Assembly (NCBI GenBank): GCA_964386735.1
Contig: CAYLTW010000003.1
Coordinates: 6,919 to 70,918 of the forward strand
Origin: an uncultured Woeseiaceae bacterium
GTDB lineage: Bacteria > Pseudomonadota > Gammaproteobacteria > Steroidobacterales > Woeseiaceae
DNA: 64,000 nt
Direction of reading: 5' to 3'
The notes beneath the pieces are model-generated. The model worked only from the letters and a program-made list of their open reading frames with translations, had not been told where the DNA came from and did no database searches. Below, piece after piece: positions 10,035 to 26,553 of this stretch (position 1 is the stretch's first letter; each line of letters starts with the position of its first letter). The position numbers and the translations under genes are program-made.

Positions 10035-11171
10035 GTGAGAATCGGACTGGTAGCCGGCGAGGCTTCCGGCGACCTGCTCGGTGCCGGACTGATCCGGGCA
10101 CTGCGCGAGCGGGTACCGGACGCAACGTTCGAAGGGGTTGCCGGTCCCGAAATGATTGCGGCCGGATGCGAACGCTGGGCGGGTGCGGAGTCGCTTGCCG
10201 TCATGGGTCTGATCGAACCGCTGATGGAATTGCCGGGTCTTCTCAGGCTCCGCCGCATGCTCATCAGGCGCTGGACTCGATCGCCGCCCGATGTGTTCGT
10301 CGGCATCGACGCACCGGATTTCAATCTCGGTCTGGAAAGCAGGCTGAAAGCGAGCGGAATTCCCACGGCGCACTACGTTAGCCCCTCGGTGTGGGCATGG
10401 CGGCAGGGTCGTATCGCGACCATTCGTAAGGCTGCAGATTGCGTATTGTGTATCTTACCGTTCGAGAAAAAACTCTATGACGAGCACGGTGTGCGCGCGG
10501 AATTTGTCGGGCATCCGAAGGCCAGTAGAATACCTCGACACGCGAACTCAGCGGACGCACGAAGTGCGCTGGGCCTGGACGTCGATGGTTTGATTGTCGC
10601 CGTATTGCCCGGCAGTCGCAAAAGTGAAGTATCGCGGCTGGCCGGGCCGTTTGCGCGGGCGGCCGCAATTCTCCTGGCGCGATACCCCTCCCTGCGTTTC
10701 GTAACGCCGGTCGCCGCGAAAAGTCTTCGGCCAGTGATTGAGAGTGAGCTATCCCGGGCCGGCGTAAGCGCATCTTTTACATTGTTCGACGGACAGTCCG
10801 AGGATGCAATGGTGGCAGCGGATATCGTGCTGCTGGCGTCGGGAACGGCCGCGCTGGAGTCTGCGTTGTTGTGCAGGCCAATGGTGGCCGCATACCGGGT
10901 CGCACCTCTGACCGCGATGATCGTGAAAATGCTCGGCTTGCTCAAGGTGAATAAGTTCACACTGCCAAACCTGATGACTGAGACGCCGCATGTGCCTGAA
11001 TTCATTCAGGAAGACGCAACACCCGAGGCTCTCGCGGACGCCGTCGGCGAATTGCTTGAGTCACCCGAACGGGCGGCTTTCATTCGTGAGAGATTTGCTA
11101 CACTGCGCTCGGAGCTGGCGCTCGATGCCGACCAGCGCGCGGCCGATGTGGTACTTGGCCTCGCAACCTGA
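10035..11171 (+). CDS. lpxB: Lipid-A-disaccharide synthase
   Basis: 378 aa. [23 protein letters not shown]...[10 protein letters not shown] motifs of LpxB. Confidence 0.93.
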   Translation: MRIGLVAGEASGDLLGAGLIRALRERVPDATFEGVAGPEMIAAGCERWAGAESLAVMGLIEPLMELPGLLRLRRMLIRRWTRSPPDVFVGIDAPDFNLGLESRLKASGIPTAHYVSPSVWAWRQGRIATIRKAADCVLCILPFEKKLYDEHGVRAEFVGHPKASRIPRHANSADARSALGLDVDGLIVAVLPGSRKSEVSRLAGPFARAAAILLARYPSLRFVTPVAAKSLRPVIESELSRAGVSASFTLFDGQSEDAMVAADIVLLASGTAALESALLCRPMVAAYRVAPLTAMIVKMLGLLKVNKFTLPNLMTETPHVPEFIQEDATPEALADAVGELLESPERAAFIRERFATLRSELALDADQRAADVVLGLAT

Positions 11172-11212
11172 AACAAGCACAGGAATCACCGATATTCGGT
11201 TTGCCGAGGCGC

Positions 11213-11815
11213 ATGCAGGAAGCACAATTTTATCGATTCGACGGCCTTGTCGCCGGGGTTGACGAGGCCGGGCGTGGTCCGCTGGCCGGTCCGGTCGTCG
11301 CGGCCGCAGTTATTCTGAATCCTGGTTCTGTGCCGGACGGTCTGGATGATTCCAAAAAGCTTCGCGAAGCGGAGCGGGATCGACTCGAAATTGAAATTCG
11401 CACATCGGCGCTCGCATTGTCGGTTGCCTGGGCAGATCGTGCGGAAATTGACTCACTCAACATTCTCGCCGCGACAATGCTTGCGATGCGGCGCGCAATT
11501 CTCGGGCTGGCCATTTTGCCTGTCGGGATTCAGGTTGACGGCAATCGCCTGCCGAATTTGCGCTTCCATGACCGGGAGATCGACGGCTCTGCCATTGTTG
11601 GCGGCGATGCCCGGGTGGCGGCGATCAGTGCCGCGTCAATCCTTGCGAAAACCGCGCGCGACAGGATGATGGTCGTCATGGATCGCCTGTATCCGAACTA
11701 TGCTTTTGCACGAAACAAAGGATACGGCACAGAAATTCATCGGGATCGATTGCGTGAGTATGGTCCTTGTGTCGAGCACCGGCGAAGCTTTTCGCCGGTA
11801 AGGGCGGCTCTGTGA
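11213..11815 (+). CDS. rnhB: Ribonuclease HII
   Basis: [15 protein letters not shown]...DDSKKL are RNase HII catalytic motifs. ATG 11213 preferred over the TTG at 11201. Confidence 0.92.
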   Translation: MQEAQFYRFDGLVAGVDEAGRGPLAGPVVAAAVILNPGSVPDGLDDSKKLREAERDRLEIEIRTSALALSVAWADRAEIDSLNILAATMLAMRRAILGLAILPVGIQVDGNRLPNLRFHDREIDGSAIVGGDARVAAISAASILAKTARDRMMVVMDRLYPNYAFARNKGYGTEIHRDRLREYGPCVEHRRSFSPVRAAL

Positions 11816-14800
11816 CGCCTCAATCGTTCGTTCACCTGCACGTACATACCGAGTTTTCGCTTGTCGACAGTACGGTGCGCATACCTGCGTTAATGCAACG
11901 TTGTGCCGAATTCGGGATGCCCGCTGTGGCGTTAACCGATCAGAACAATTTATTCGGCGCGGTGAAGTTTTATACCAAGGCGGTTGCCGCCGGCGTCAAA
12001 CCTGTCATAGGCGCCGACGTGCGAATCGCGAACGACGATGATCCGGACAGACCTCATACCTTGATTCTACTGTGTCAGGATCGCATTGGTTACCGAAATT
12101 TGTCACGTTTGCTGACCAAAGCGTTCCTCGACGCGGAGCGTCGCGGCCAGCCAATGTTGCAGAGGAGCTGGCTGACGCGCGAGCCTTGCGCCGGGCTGAT
12201 CGCTTTGTCCGGCGGGCCTAACGGGGATGTCGGGCATGCCCTCAGGCTCGGTCACAGTGAGGAGGCGCTGGCAGCGTTGAGGCATTGGCGGGAAGTTTTC
12301 GACGGCCGCTACTACCTGGAACTGATTCGAACCGGGCGTGCCGGTGACGAAGACTGTGTTCAAGCCAGCCTGCAGCTCGCCAGTGAGGAACAGGTACCGG
12401 TTGTCGCCAGCAACGATGTGCGATTCCTTGAGGAGGACGGATTCAATTCACATGAGGCGCGGGTTTGCATTCAGGGCGGCCGTATACTCGCCGACACGGG
12501 CCGGCCTCATCATTATTGCGAGCAACAATACCTGCGCAGTTGCGCTGAAATGGCCGAGCTGTTTGCGGATATCCCGGAAGCGTTAACGAACTCCCTTGAA
12601 ATTGCGAAGCGATGCAACCTTGACCTGAAGCTGGGCAGAAGCGTTTTGCCGGCATTTCCGGTTCCTGGCGGTCAGGATGAGACAGTTTTTCTTGAGGCCG
12701 AGGCTAACCGCGGTCTGACGCGTTTGCTCGGTGATAAATTCGCAGTAGAAGAAATACCCGACAATCAACGGGACGTTGTCAGCGCACCCTACAATGAGCG
12801 TCTCAAGATCGAGCTCGGTGTTATTCGTGACATGGGTTTCCCGGGCTACTTTCTGATCGTAGCCGATTTCATCCGCTGGGCACGCGAAAACGGAGTACCC
12901 GTTGGACCCGGTCGTGGTTCCGGCGCCGGGTCGCTGGTGGCTTGGGTGCTCGGTATCACCGATCTCGATCCGTTGCATCATGACCTGCTGTTTGAGCGCT
13001 TCCTGAATCCCGAACGCGTGTCGATGCCCGATTTCGATATCGATTTTTGCATGGAGGGGCGGGATCGCGTGATCGACTACGTGGCCGAGCGTTATGGTCG
13101 AAACCGAGTCGCGCAAATAATCACGTTCGGCACGATGGCTGCGAAAGCAGTCATTCGTGATGTTGGTCGAGTACTTGGGCAGCCGTACGGTTTCGTAGAT
13201 CGAATTGCGAAACTGGTTCCGTTTGAGATTGGCATAACACTCGAAAAAGCACTGGAGCAATCGGAAGAACTGGCGACGATGTATCGCGATGACGAGGAGG
13301 TTGCCGCGATCATTGATCTTGCATTGTCCCTGGAGGGACTCGCCCGTAACGCGGGTACGCACGCGGGCGGCGTTGTAATTGCGCCGGATGATCTTACCGA
13401 CTTCACGCCGCTTTACTGTGAGGATCGCGGCACAAATATTGTGACGCAGCTCGACAAAGACGATGTCGAAGCGATCGGATTGGTCAAATTCGACTTCCTT
13501 GGTCTGAAAACCCTGACCGTCATTGACTGGGCCATCCGCACAATCAACGCTCGCGACGACGGCGAAGCAGTCGACATTGGCCGCATTCCGATGCGCGATG
13601 CGAAGACATTCGAAATGCTTCGAACAACGCGGACCACGGCAGTATTTCAACTTGAATCCAGCGGTATGCGCGATCTGATCAAGCGCATGCGTCCGGATCA
13701 GTTCGATGATCTCGTGGCCCTGGTCGCATTATTTCGACCGGGTCCGTTACAGTCGGGCATGGTCGAGGATTTCATTGCCCGCAAGCATGCGACCAACAAG
13801 GCCGACATCGACTACCTCCATCCCGACCTGAAACCCGTCCTCGAAGAAACTTACGGCGTGATCCTGTACCAGGAGCAGGTCATGCAGATCGCCCAGGTAC
13901 TGGCGGGTTACACGCTTGGTGGCGCTGACGTTCTTCGTCGTGCAATGGGAAAGAAAAAGCCAGAGGAGATGGCGAAACAACGCGAGGTTTTCGTCACAGG
14001 TGCTACGAACCGTGGCGTCGCCCAACCTACGGCGACGCGTATTTTCGACCTAATGGAGAAGTTCGCAGGCTATGGCTTTAACAAGTCTCATTCGGCAGCG
14101 TATGCCGTACTCTCGTACCAGACGGCGTTTCTGAAGGCGAATTTTCCGGCGGCGTACATGGCAGCTGTAATGAGCGCCGACCTCGACAATACGGACCGCT
14201 TACTTATTTTGAAAGATGATTGCCGGCAACTCGGCCTGGTGTTGCGGGCGCCCTGCATCAATGCGTCGTCCTACCACTTTAGTGTCTCCGGCGACGATGG
14301 GATTCTTTACGGTCTGGGGGCGATCAAGGGCGTCGGGCGCGGCGCCGTTGAGGCACTGATAAACGAACGTGAGGAAAATGGACCTTTCAGAAGCCTTGTC
14401 GAATTTTGTCGCCGTGTCGACCATGACAAGGTCAACCGGCGGTCGCTCGAAGCGATGGTCAAATCCGGTGCAATGGATGAGTTCGGTCTGACGCGCTGCG
14501 CCCTGATGCAGCAGATACCCGAGGCACTCAAAAGAGCCGATCAGCATGCACGCGCCACGGCGGCCGGTCAGAACGACATGTTTGGACTGAGTGTTCCGGA
14601 GCCCGAGGTCGAGGCGCCGCACCCGGAAGATATTGCCGAGTGGCAGGAACGCCTGCTTTTAAGCTACGAAAAAGAGGCGCTGGGTCTTTACCTGTCAGGG
14701 CATCCGTTCGATGCGGTTCGGACAGATGCACGGTTTTTCGTAGAAGGCCGGCTTGGCGATCTGGCCGCCGAGCCGCCGCCGCAAGGCTCGCAGGGAGAGC

Positions 14801-15333
14801 GCAATTACGCGCAGCCTCGTCGTGACGTGACAGTGGCGGGCTTGATCGTCGAAATTCGCAAACGTGGCAATAGAGTCAGCGTTGTCCTCGACGACGATAG
14901 CGGGCGTATCGAAGTCAGCCTGTTTAACGAGGCCTTTCAGGAATTCCAACATCTGCTCGTCAAGGACGAAATCATTGTTGTCAGCGGGAGTCTTCGCTAT
15001 GACGATTTCAACGGTGCGTGGTCCGTCAATGCGCAAAGTATTCTGCATATTGATCGCGTCATTGAAAGTCGTGCCAGGAGCATCGTGCTGCGACTGGCTG
15101 CGAACGGGCAGGGCGAGGAATTGCTGGCGAAGTTGCACGATATCCTGCTGCCCTATCGCAAAGGCAATTGTGGCGTTGCAGTACAATATTCAGGCGATAG
15201 TGCTGCCGCGCGATTAAACCTGGGGCCGGAATGGTCTGTGCGTCCCAGCCGCGAATTGCGAGACAAACTGGGCCAGCTTCTGGGCTCAAACAACGTCCGT
15301 CTGCTCTACGCGCCCGACCGCGAAATCATGTAG
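11812..15333 (+). CDS. dnaE: DNA polymerase III alpha subunit
   Basis: About 1173 aa. PHP domain [15 protein letters not shown], palm/fingers region ...[13 protein letters not shown]..., and an OB fold. GTG 11812 overlaps the rnhB stop (GTGA). Confidence 0.95.
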   Translation: MTPQSFVHLHVHTEFSLVDSTVRIPALMQRCAEFGMPAVALTDQNNLFGAVKFYTKAVAAGVKPVIGADVRIANDDDPDRPHTLILLCQDRIGYRNLSRLLTKAFLDAERRGQPMLQRSWLTREPCAGLIALSGGPNGDVGHALRLGHSEEALAALRHWREVFDGRYYLELIRTGRAGDEDCVQASLQLASEEQVPVVASNDVRFLEEDGFNSHEARVCIQGGRILADTGRPHHYCEQQYLRSCAEMAELFADIPEALTNSLEIAKRCNLDLKLGRSVLPAFPVPGGQDETVFLEAEANRGLTRLLGDKFAVEEIPDNQRDVVSAPYNERLKIELGVIRDMGFPGYFLIVADFIRWARENGVPVGPGRGSGAGSLVAWVLGITDLDPLHHDLLFERFLNPERVSMPDFDIDFCMEGRDRVIDYVAERYGRNRVAQIITFGTMAAKAVIRDVGRVLGQPYGFVDRIAKLVPFEIGITLEKALEQSEELATMYRDDEEVAAIIDLALSLEGLARNAGTHAGGVVIAPDDLTDFTPLYCEDRGTNIVTQLDKDDVEAIGLVKFDFLGLKTLTVIDWAIRTINARDDGEAVDIGRIPMRDAKTFEMLRTTRTTAVFQLESSGMRDLIKRMRPDQFDDLVALVALFRPGPLQSGMVEDFIARKHATNKADIDYLHPDLKPVLEETYGVILYQEQVMQIAQVLAGYTLGGADVLRRAMGKKKPEEMAKQREVFVTGATNRGVAQPTATRIFDLMEKFAGYGFNKSHSAAYAVLSYQTAFLKANFPAAYMAAVMSADLDNTDRLLILKDDCRQLGLVLRAPCINASSYHFSVSGDDGILYGLGAIKGVGRGAVEALINEREENGPFRSLVEFCRRVDHDKVNRRSLEAMVKSGAMDEFGLTRCALMQQIPEALKRADQHARATAAGQNDMFGLSVPEPEVEAPHPEDIAEWQERLLLSYEKEALGLYLSGHPFDAVRTDARFFVEGRLGDLAAEPPPQGSQGERNYAQPRRDVTVAGLIVEIRKRGNRVSVVLDDDSGRIEVSLFNEAFQEFQHLLVKDEIIVVSGSLRYDDFNGAWSVNAQSILHIDRVIESRARSIVLRLAANGQGEELLAKLHDILLPYRKGNCGVAVQYSGDSAAARLNLGPEWSVRPSRELRDKLGQLLGSNNVRLLYAPDREIM

Positions 15334-15342
15334 AGTTCGCGC

Positions 15343-16301
<959 letters not shown>

Positions 16302-16305
<4 letters not shown>

Positions 16306-17636
16306 GTTTCAACGCCGAAGCGCTCGTGCACCGGCTCGTCGAGCTCGAAAACTTTGCCACTACCCCCGATCGGTACGTTATTGCGTATAGCGGCGGGCTC
16401 GATTCTTCGGTTCTCGCGCATGCGCTTTTACAGACGCGGCCGCAACATGGCAAATCCCTGCTCGCCATTCACGTAGACCATCGTTTGCACGGCGAATCCA
16501 AAACGTGGGCAGCACACTGCAGGAATTTCGCGGACAAAATGGCGCTCGACTTTATCTGCGAAGTCGTGGATGTCGACGGGAAATCCGGAAAAGGCACCGA
16601 GGCGGCAGCGCGCGACGCGCGCTACACCGCGCTTCGCGGGCATGTTGGTGACGGAGACTGGCTACTTTGTGCACATCATCAGGATGACCAGGCCGAGACG
16701 CTACTGATGAATCTGCTGCGCGGCAGCGGCCCGGCTGGCGTAGCGGCGATGCAGTCGATTCGCGAGTTCGGCGAAGGCTGGCTGGTGCGCCCGTTCCTCG
16801 GTGTTTCTCGCGACGACCTCGCCACCTATGCCGAAGTCGAAGGACTTGCCTGGGTTGATGACCCGAGCAATGATGACCATGGCTTTGACCGCAATTTCCT
16901 GCGCCGTGAAGTGATGCCCCTGCTGGCAGCCCGTTGGCCGCATTGCGGCGAAAAACTGGCGCGGAGCGCGGAGCTTGCCCGAGATGCTGCGAACCTGTTA
17001 ATGGACCTCGCTGACACCGATATTGCATCGATTGGGGGCACCCGCGGCAAATTGCCGGTCGCGGCGCTCGCCGGGTTGTCGGTATCGAGACAACAAAACC
17101 TGTTGCGACGGGCCGTGCAACTTGCCGATCTGTCGGCCCCGGCTGCCGCGCAATTGCGGCACATCAGCAAACAGCTGTTGCCTGCGCGTGAGGATGCTGC
17201 GCCGTTGGTGAACTGGCCCGGAGGCGAGGCCCGGCGCTATCGGGACACGCTGTATCTCATGCCGTCCGTCCCGGTCGCCAGTTTTGAGGGCGGAGAGAGC
17301 CTGGGAACCGACAGCGTCGCGATCGGTCCGGGGCTTGGTGAGTTGACGCTCTGCCAGGGTACCGGACCGGGCCTGTCTGACCGTGTCGTATCGCGGGGGC
17401 TGAGCCTTCGCCGTCGTGTCGGAGGCGAGGAAATTAGGCCGGTTGGTCAAGCACATACACGTAAACTCAAGAAGTTACTTCAAGAAGAGCGCATTGTTCC
17501 CTGGCTGCGCGACTCACTGCCATTGGTGTATTGCGGAGACGAACTTGTCGCCGTCGCAGACCTGTGGATTGCGGCTTCTGCGGCTGCGGAAAACGGCCGG
17601 TCAATCAGCTGGCACGGCCGACCGGAACTCTACTGA
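16302..17636 (+). CDS. tilS: tRNA(Ile)-lysidine synthase
   Basis: 444 aa. PP-loop motif [11 protein letters not shown]. The GTG start overlaps the accA stop (GTGA). Conserved accA-tilS pairing. Confidence 0.9.
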
Positions 17637-17795
17637 GCGGCCAGAGTGTGGCTTTTTCATTGTCCCGCTCGAGGGTATCTGATAACGTTTAACACCGTCT
17701 TTTATCCAACGACGGCGTGGCACTGGAAGGGTTGGAAAAAGCACAATTTTACGGTGCTTTGTTTCCAGCCCTTTGTTATTTCCCGTCATCGGTGA

Positions 17796-21590
<3,795 letters not shown>

Positions 21591-21630
21591 TGAGTCAATT
21601 TGCTTCGAATTGGGGTTGGTAGTGGGTTTG

Positions 21631-21918
21631 ATGCGCTGGATGCTCGTGATACTTGGCATTGCCGCCGTAACGCTGCAGGTCAGGCTCTGGTTCGACGAGG
21701 ACGGTTTTCGCAAGACCGTACATTTAAGCGCTGCCGTTTCTGAGCAGCGCGTACTGAATCAGCAACTCCGCGAGCGGAATGCCGCGCTCGACGCCGAGGT
21801 TGTTAATCTCAAGCAGGGTCTTGAGGCTGCCGAAGAACGCGCGCGCACGGATCTGGGATTGATTGGCAATGGCGAGACGTTTTTCCAGGTTGTCAGGGCT
21901 GCCGACAACAAGCGCTGA
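21631..21918 (+). CDS. ftsB: Cell division protein FtsB
   Basis: Single N-terminal TM segment plus a coiled coil, ending ...EERARTDLGLIGNGETFFQVV (FtsB/DivIC). The start is ATG 21631 or TTG 21610. Position after eno. Confidence 0.85.
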   Translation: MRWMLVILGIAAVTLQVRLWFDEDGFRKTVHLSAAVSEQRVLNQQLRERNAALDAEVVNLKQGLEAAEERARTDLGLIGNGETFFQVVRAADNKR

Positions 21919-21926
21919 GTATTCCC

Positions 21927-22958
21927 TTGTCAGCTGGTTTCAGTGCTCTGCCCGACTGGGAACGTGCGCACGGCGCGCCGCTGTTTGACGCAACGATCCG
22001 CAATGAGCCGTCCGATTTCATCGTTACCGAAAGCATCGACTTCGGGCTGTCCGGCGATGGCGAGCATGACTTCCTTTGGACTGAAAAGACCGGCGCGAAT
22101 ACGGCGTGGGTCGCGCGGCAGCTGGCGCGCCATGCCGGGCTGGCGGCAGTCGACGTCGGATATGCGGGACTGAAAGATCGCCACGCGATCACGAAACAGT
22201 GGTTCAGCGTCCGACGCCCGAGCCGCGACGGTACCGATTGGAGGACATTTGCCGCCGACGGCGTGCACATACTCCGGATCGAGCGGCACAACAGGAAACT
22301 CAGGCGCGGCGCGCACAAGGCAAATTCGTTTCGAATTGCGCTGCGCGCGCCAGAACCCAAAAGCGTGCGCGATGAGATCAAGACGCGAGTCAGGGCCATA
22401 AAAGGCCAGGGCGTGCCGAACTATTTCGGCGAGCAACGATTTGGCCGCGCGGCTGGCAATCTCGATCTTGCACTGGCCGTGTTCTCTGGCCGCCGCGTTA
22501 AACGTGACAAACGCAGCATAGCGATTTCGGCGGCCAGATCATTTCTCTTCAATCAGATTCTCGACATTCGCGTCCGTAGTCGAACTTGGAACAGGCTGCA
22601 GGCCGGCGACCTCGCCAACCTCGACGGTTCCGGCAGCGTATTTGCCGTCGATGCGCCGACAAAGGAACTGACCGGCAGATGCGAGAGCTTTGACATCCAC
22701 CCGACGGCAACACTGTGGGGCGAGGGCGCCCCGCTGACGTCAAAAGCTGTGGCAAATGCCGAACTTGACGCGGTTGCAGCTTATGATTCGCTGACGCAGG
22801 GCTTGAAAAAACTGCGGGTCGAGGCCTCGAGTCGTGCTTTACGCATGCCCGTGCAGGATCTGACGGTTGAATTCGGCGATGGCGTCGTGTGGCTTGAATT
22901 CACGTTGTCGAAGGGTTCTTTCGCAACTTCAGTACTTCGCGAGATAGCGAGAGTGTGA
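21927..22958 (+). CDS. truD: tRNA pseudouridine(13) synthase TruD
   Basis: 343 aa, TTG start. DFIVTE...GEHDFLWTEKTGANT...GLKDRHAITKQWFS are TruD motifs. Followed by surE-pcm-nlpD-rpoS as in E. coli. Confidence 0.9.
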   Translation: MSAGFSALPDWERAHGAPLFDATIRNEPSDFIVTESIDFGLSGDGEHDFLWTEKTGANTAWVARQLARHAGLAAVDVGYAGLKDRHAITKQWFSVRRPSRDGTDWRTFAADGVHILRIERHNRKLRRGAHKANSFRIALRAPEPKSVRDEIKTRVRAIKGQGVPNYFGEQRFGRAAGNLDLALAVFSGRRVKRDKRSIAISAARSFLFNQILDIRVRSRTWNRLQAGDLANLDGSGSVFAVDAPTKELTGRCESFDIHPTATLWGEGAPLTSKAVANAELDAVAAYDSLTQGLKKLRVEASSRALRMPVQDLTVEFGDGVVWLEFTLSKGSFATSVLREIARV

Positions 22959-22960
22959 GG

Positions 22961-23073
22961 GGCAGGCTGGTGGTGGGGAGATCTTTATCGGAAATAAAGC
23001 GCAGCGAAGCGAGCCATTTCGATAAGGAGCTCCCCACCACCAGCCTGAAAGACCTCCCCACCATCAGCCTGCC
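22961..23073. repeat. Long imperfect palindrome (hairpin element copy 1) with a duplicated right arm
   Basis: Left arm 22963-22980 (caggctggtggtggggag) is the exact reverse complement of 23030-23047. A second tandem arm copy at 23054-23073 pairs with 22961-22980 with one G.T pair. The apical 25-nt core at 22993-23017 is the reverse complement of 37806-37830. Confidence 0.8.
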
Positions 23074-23087
23074 GACCGTCACGTGGA

Positions 23088-23615
23088 TCACGGTTCCTGC
23101 AAGAGCACATAGATTGCACCCGTTCCCCCGTCAACCTGCCGGGTCGAGACGAACGCCAGCACGGTCTCCCAGTTTCTCAGCCAGCGGTTCACGCTGGGCT
23201 TGAGTCGCGGACCCCGGTCTCCTGAACCCAGTCCCTTGCCGTGTACCACGAGGACGCATCGCTTGCCGCTGCGGGCGCTGTACTCGATGAAGTCGGCAAG
23301 GCGCGGCTTCGCTTCGGAAACCGTCATACCGTGCAGGTCGATTTCGGCCTGAACCGCGAAATTGCCGCGCGCCAGTCTGCGCATTGTCCGGCGTCCCACT
23401 GAGGGGCGGTGAAAGCGCAGTGCCTCGCCGCTGCCTGCCTCAATTTCATCAATTTCCGCCTCAAGACTTTCGCGTAGCGCAGCCGATTCGTCAGCACGCG
23501 CAAATCGCGCTTTTGGCCTGGGCTTGTTGCCGGCAGGCGCTACGCGCTTGCCGGTTTTGAGCGGTTTGGCACCGGTCATGGCCCGGCGAAACAGGTCGGC
23601 GTCGTCGTCACTCAA
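23088..23615 (-). CDS. Smr/MutS2-type small endonuclease domain protein
   Basis: 175 aa. C-terminal Smr domain (EIDLHGMTVSEAKPRLADFI...CVLVVHGKGLGS). Convergent with truD. Confidence 0.8.
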   Translation of the reverse strand: MSDDDADLFRRAMTGAKPLKTGKRVAPAGNKPRPKARFARADESAALRESLEAEIDEIEAGSGEALRFHRPSVGRRTMRRLARGNFAVQAEIDLHGMTVSEAKPRLADFIEYSARSGKRCVLVVHGKGLGSGDRGPRLKPSVNRWLRNWETVLAFVSTRQVDGGTGAIYVLLQEP

Positions 23616-23708
23616 ATCTAGTCGTCCCGATGGCTATGGAAAGCAGCGGTTGTTGAGTATAGTGAGCGCGTCTCAAGTCGCCAACGAAAATCGCTCGTCA
23701 CAACAAGA

Positions 23709-24455
23709 ATGAAAATCCTCGTAAGTAACGACGACGGGTACCACGCAAAGGGCATCAACGTTCTGACCGAAGCGCTTGAAGGGGTGGCCGATGTTGTCGT
23801 GGTCGCACCCGATCGAAACCGTTCGGCTGCGAGCAATTCCCTGACGCTGTCCGATCCGCTACGAGTCAAGCGGTACGCAAAGGATCGTTACTCTGTCAAC
23901 GGAACTCCCTCGGACTGTGTACATCTGGCATTGACCGGCTTGCTTGAGGAGGAACCGGACCTGGTTGTGTCCGGAATCAATCACGGCGCAAACCTTGGCG
24001 ATGACGTTATCTACTCCGGAACGGTCGCGGCTGCGATGGAGGGGCGATTCCTGGGACTTCCCACGATAGCGGTATCCCTGGTGGGCGGCGACCGGTTGAG
24101 GCATTTCGATACGGCGGCGAGGGTTGTATCGGACATGGTCTTGAAACTCGCGGCTGCGACGCTGTCGTCCGACGTCATTCTCAATGTCAACGTCCCCGAT
24201 CGTCCCTTTGAAGAATTGACCGGGATTCAGGCGGTGCGACTCGGATTCCGTCACAAGTCCGAGCCTGTGGTCAAGTCGAAGGACCCGCATGGCCGGACGA
24301 TATTTTGGGTCGGCCCGGCAGGCAAAGGGCAGGACTCGGGCGAAGGCACGGATTTTTATGCGATCGAGAGAGGTGCTGTGACTGTAACGCCGCTGTCGGT
24401 TGATCTCACCCGGCACGATTCCCTGCCGCAGCTCAGGAGTTGGCTGGCAACATGA
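23709..24455 (+). CDS. surE: 5'/3'-nucleotidase SurE
   Basis: 248 aa. [16 protein letters not shown]...[13 protein letters not shown]...[22 protein letters not shown] is the SurE signature. Confidence 0.94.
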   Translation: MKILVSNDDGYHAKGINVLTEALEGVADVVVVAPDRNRSAASNSLTLSDPLRVKRYAKDRYSVNGTPSDCVHLALTGLLEEEPDLVVSGINHGANLGDDVIYSGTVAAAMEGRFLGLPTIAVSLVGGDRLRHFDTAARVVSDMVLKLAAATLSSDVILNVNVPDRPFEELTGIQAVRLGFRHKSEPVVKSKDPHGRTIFWVGPAGKGQDSGEGTDFYAIERGAVTVTPLSVDLTRHDSLPQLRSWLAT

Positions 24456-24507
24456 GCCCGGGCGCAACGGACAGGTCGTCGCTACAGGCGTTGAGTTCGG
24501 CGCAACC

Positions 24508-25167
24508 ATGAAAGCGATCGGCATCAAGGGCATCGGAATGACCAGCGCGCGTACGCGCGACCGGCTGGTGCAACGACTAAAGGATCAGGGAATACGTTCG
24601 CCCGCTGTTCTGGAGCAAATCCGCAACGTCCCGCGGCACTTGTTTGTCGACGAAGCGCTTGCCAGCCGCGCGTATGAAGATACGGCGTTGCCAATCGGGC
24701 ATGCACAGACCATCAGCCAACCCTTTGTTGTTGCCCGCATGACCGAGGCGCTGCTTGCTGACTTCAGCTGTGAGTCCATATTGGAAATCGGTACGGGCTG
24801 TGGTTATCAGACAGCGGTTTTGGCTCCGCTGGTCAAGAAAATCTATTCGGTTGAGCGCATTCGCGAATTGCTGAGGAAGACCCGGCAACGCTTGCGTGAT
24901 CTCGACATTTATAACGTCCAGTTTCGACCCGGCGATGGCTGGGAGGGCTGGCCCAAATACGCGCCGTATGACGGTATCATCGTAACTGCAGCTGCTCCCG
25001 AATTGCCCGGTAAACTGCTCGAGCAACTCGTTCCCGGCGGTCGGCTTGTCATTCCAATCGGCCCGCAAGGCCGGCAGGAGCTGACCATGGTGACTCGCAA
25101 GGACGATCACTTCGAGCAGGTCTCTTTGGGTGCCGTCAGTTTCGTCCCCCTCGTTCCCGGGGAATAG
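24508..25167 (+). CDS. pcm: Protein-L-isoaspartate O-methyltransferase
   Basis: From ATG 24508. PRHLFVDEA...[15 protein letters not shown]...[15 protein letters not shown] are methyltransferase motifs. Confidence 0.92.
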   Translation: MKAIGIKGIGMTSARTRDRLVQRLKDQGIRSPAVLEQIRNVPRHLFVDEALASRAYEDTALPIGHAQTISQPFVVARMTEALLADFSCESILEIGTGCGYQTAVLAPLVKKIYSVERIRELLRKTRQRLRDLDIYNVQFRPGDGWEGWPKYAPYDGIIVTAAAPELPGKLLEQLVPGGRLVIPIGPQGRQELTMVTRKDDHFEQVSLGAVSFVPLVPGE

Positions 25168-25244
25168 GATATATTTATCAATATGATACAGATTTTATTG
25201 CAGGCGAATTCTGCACGAAAATCCGGCATGGGCAGGTAACAGCA

Positions 25245-25826
25245 ATGGCTATCTTCGGGCCCTTGTATGAGCGCGTCATGCGCTGGTCGAGCCACCGGCA
25301 CGCCGAGTGGTATCTCGGTGCGATGAGCTTCGCCGAGTCTTCATTTTTTCCGATACCCGTCGACGTCCTGCTGGCGCCGATGTGCCTCGCGAAACCGCAG
25401 AACAGCTGGCGATTTGCTGCCAACGCGACCGTGTTTTCGGTGCTGGGCGGCGTCGCTGGTTATTTCATTGGCTACCTGGCGTTCGAAGCAATTGAGCCCT
25501 GGCTGGCGGAATCTCACTACTGGAGCGCCTACGAGACCGCGCGATTGTGGTTTGACGAATACGGTGTCTGGACCGTATTTGTCGCCGGCTTCTCGCCTAT
25601 TCCCTACAAGGTATTTACGATTGCCGCCGGCGTGGCTGCGCTCACATTCCCCGGCTTTTTTGTCGCGTCGTTGATCGGCCGTAGCGCGCGCTTCTTCCTG
25701 GTTGCTGGCGTTGTGAAGTATGCCGGCAATAAATTCGAGGCGACGATGGTCAAACATATCGAACGCATAGGCTGGGCTGTCGTCTTGATCTCCGCATTCG
25801 TTATCGGGTACCTGATGGTGCGCTAG
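25245..25826 (+). CDS. YqaA-family (DedA-related) inner membrane protein
   Basis: 193 aa, multi-TM. N-terminal WYLGAMSFAESSFFPIPVDVLLAPM motif typical of YqaA/SNARE-associated proteins. Confidence 0.75.
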   Translation: MAIFGPLYERVMRWSSHRHAEWYLGAMSFAESSFFPIPVDVLLAPMCLAKPQNSWRFAANATVFSVLGGVAGYFIGYLAFEAIEPWLAESHYWSAYETARLWFDEYGVWTVFVAGFSPIPYKVFTIAAGVAALTFPGFFVASLIGRSARFFLVAGVVKYAGNKFEATMVKHIERIGWAVVLISAFVIGYLMVR

Positions 25827-25828
25827 AC

Positions 25829-26506
25829 ATGCAAGTGCGCCCGACATTTTGCCTGTTCACACTGCTGTTTCTTGTGGGCTGCGCCTCGACCTCACGTTGG
25901 GATTATCGATCGGATCAGCACATCGTCCGCAAAGGCGAAACCCTGTTCTCGATTGCCTGGCGTTACGGCAAAGATGCGGACGACCTTGCTCGCTGGAATC
26001 AACTTGGCGATGGCTCGCTCATCTACCCGGGCCAGGTTCTTCGACTCACGCCGTCGAGTGCTTCCGCTGCGGCAAGTACGAGCGGGGCCCACAGTCGCCC
26101 GCCACAAACGTTGCCCGGGATACCTGCACAGCCACCGCCAGCCTGGGCCTGGCCTACAGCAGGCCGGATCGACGTCGAATTTGGCGGAAAACCGGGTACG
26201 GGCACCGGCGTCCTGATCAATGGACGGGGCGAGCAGCCCGTGTATGCCGCGGCGCCCGGCAGTGTTGTGTACGCTGGTAGTGGACTGATTGGATACGGTC
26301 AGCTTATTATTCTAAAACACAACGACACCTATCTGAGTGCCTACGGGTACAACGCGTCGCTTCTTGTGAAAGAAGGCCAGACAATTAGGAAGGGCCAGCA
26401 AATAGCGACGATGGGAGAGGGGCCGGAGCGTAAGCCGCGACTGCATTTTGAGATCAGGCGCAATGGCAAGCCAGTTAACCCGCGACAATATTTGCCCGCG
26501 CGTTAG
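25829..26506 (+). CDS. nlpD: Murein hydrolase activator NlpD (LysM + M23 peptidase lipoprotein)
   Basis: Lipobox LFLVGCAS, LysM domain ([17 protein letters not shown]...LRL), C-terminal M23 domain ([14 protein letters not shown]). Immediately upstream of rpoS. Confidence 0.9.
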   Translation: MQVRPTFCLFTLLFLVGCASTSRWDYRSDQHIVRKGETLFSIAWRYGKDADDLARWNQLGDGSLIYPGQVLRLTPSSASAAASTSGAHSRPPQTLPGIPAQPPPAWAWPTAGRIDVEFGGKPGTGTGVLINGRGEQPVYAAAPGSVVYAGSGLIGYGQLIILKHNDTYLSAYGYNASLLVKEGQTIRKGQQIATMGEGPERKPRLHFEIRRNGKPVNPRQYLPAR

Positions 26507-26553
26507 AACGACGACAAACGACTTACCACTGTTTCCTGCGCATCGCGGCGCAC

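Noticed and set aside
23030-23073. Tandem 24-nt direct repeat that might suggest a mini CRISPR array
   Set aside because: There are only two units, directly adjacent with no spacer. They form the arm of a palindrome, and no cas genes or further repeats are in the window.
22955-23203. 82-aa plus-strand ORF running through the truD-smr hairpin (MRGRLVVGRSLSEIKRSEASH...). A minus-strand ORF at 37578-37985 shares the same IKRSEASH peptide.
   Set aside because: The shared peptide is simply the translation of the conserved 25-nt repeat core on opposite strands. Both ORFs overlap real genes or palindromic DNA and have no start context. The signal is the nucleotide repeat, not a protein.
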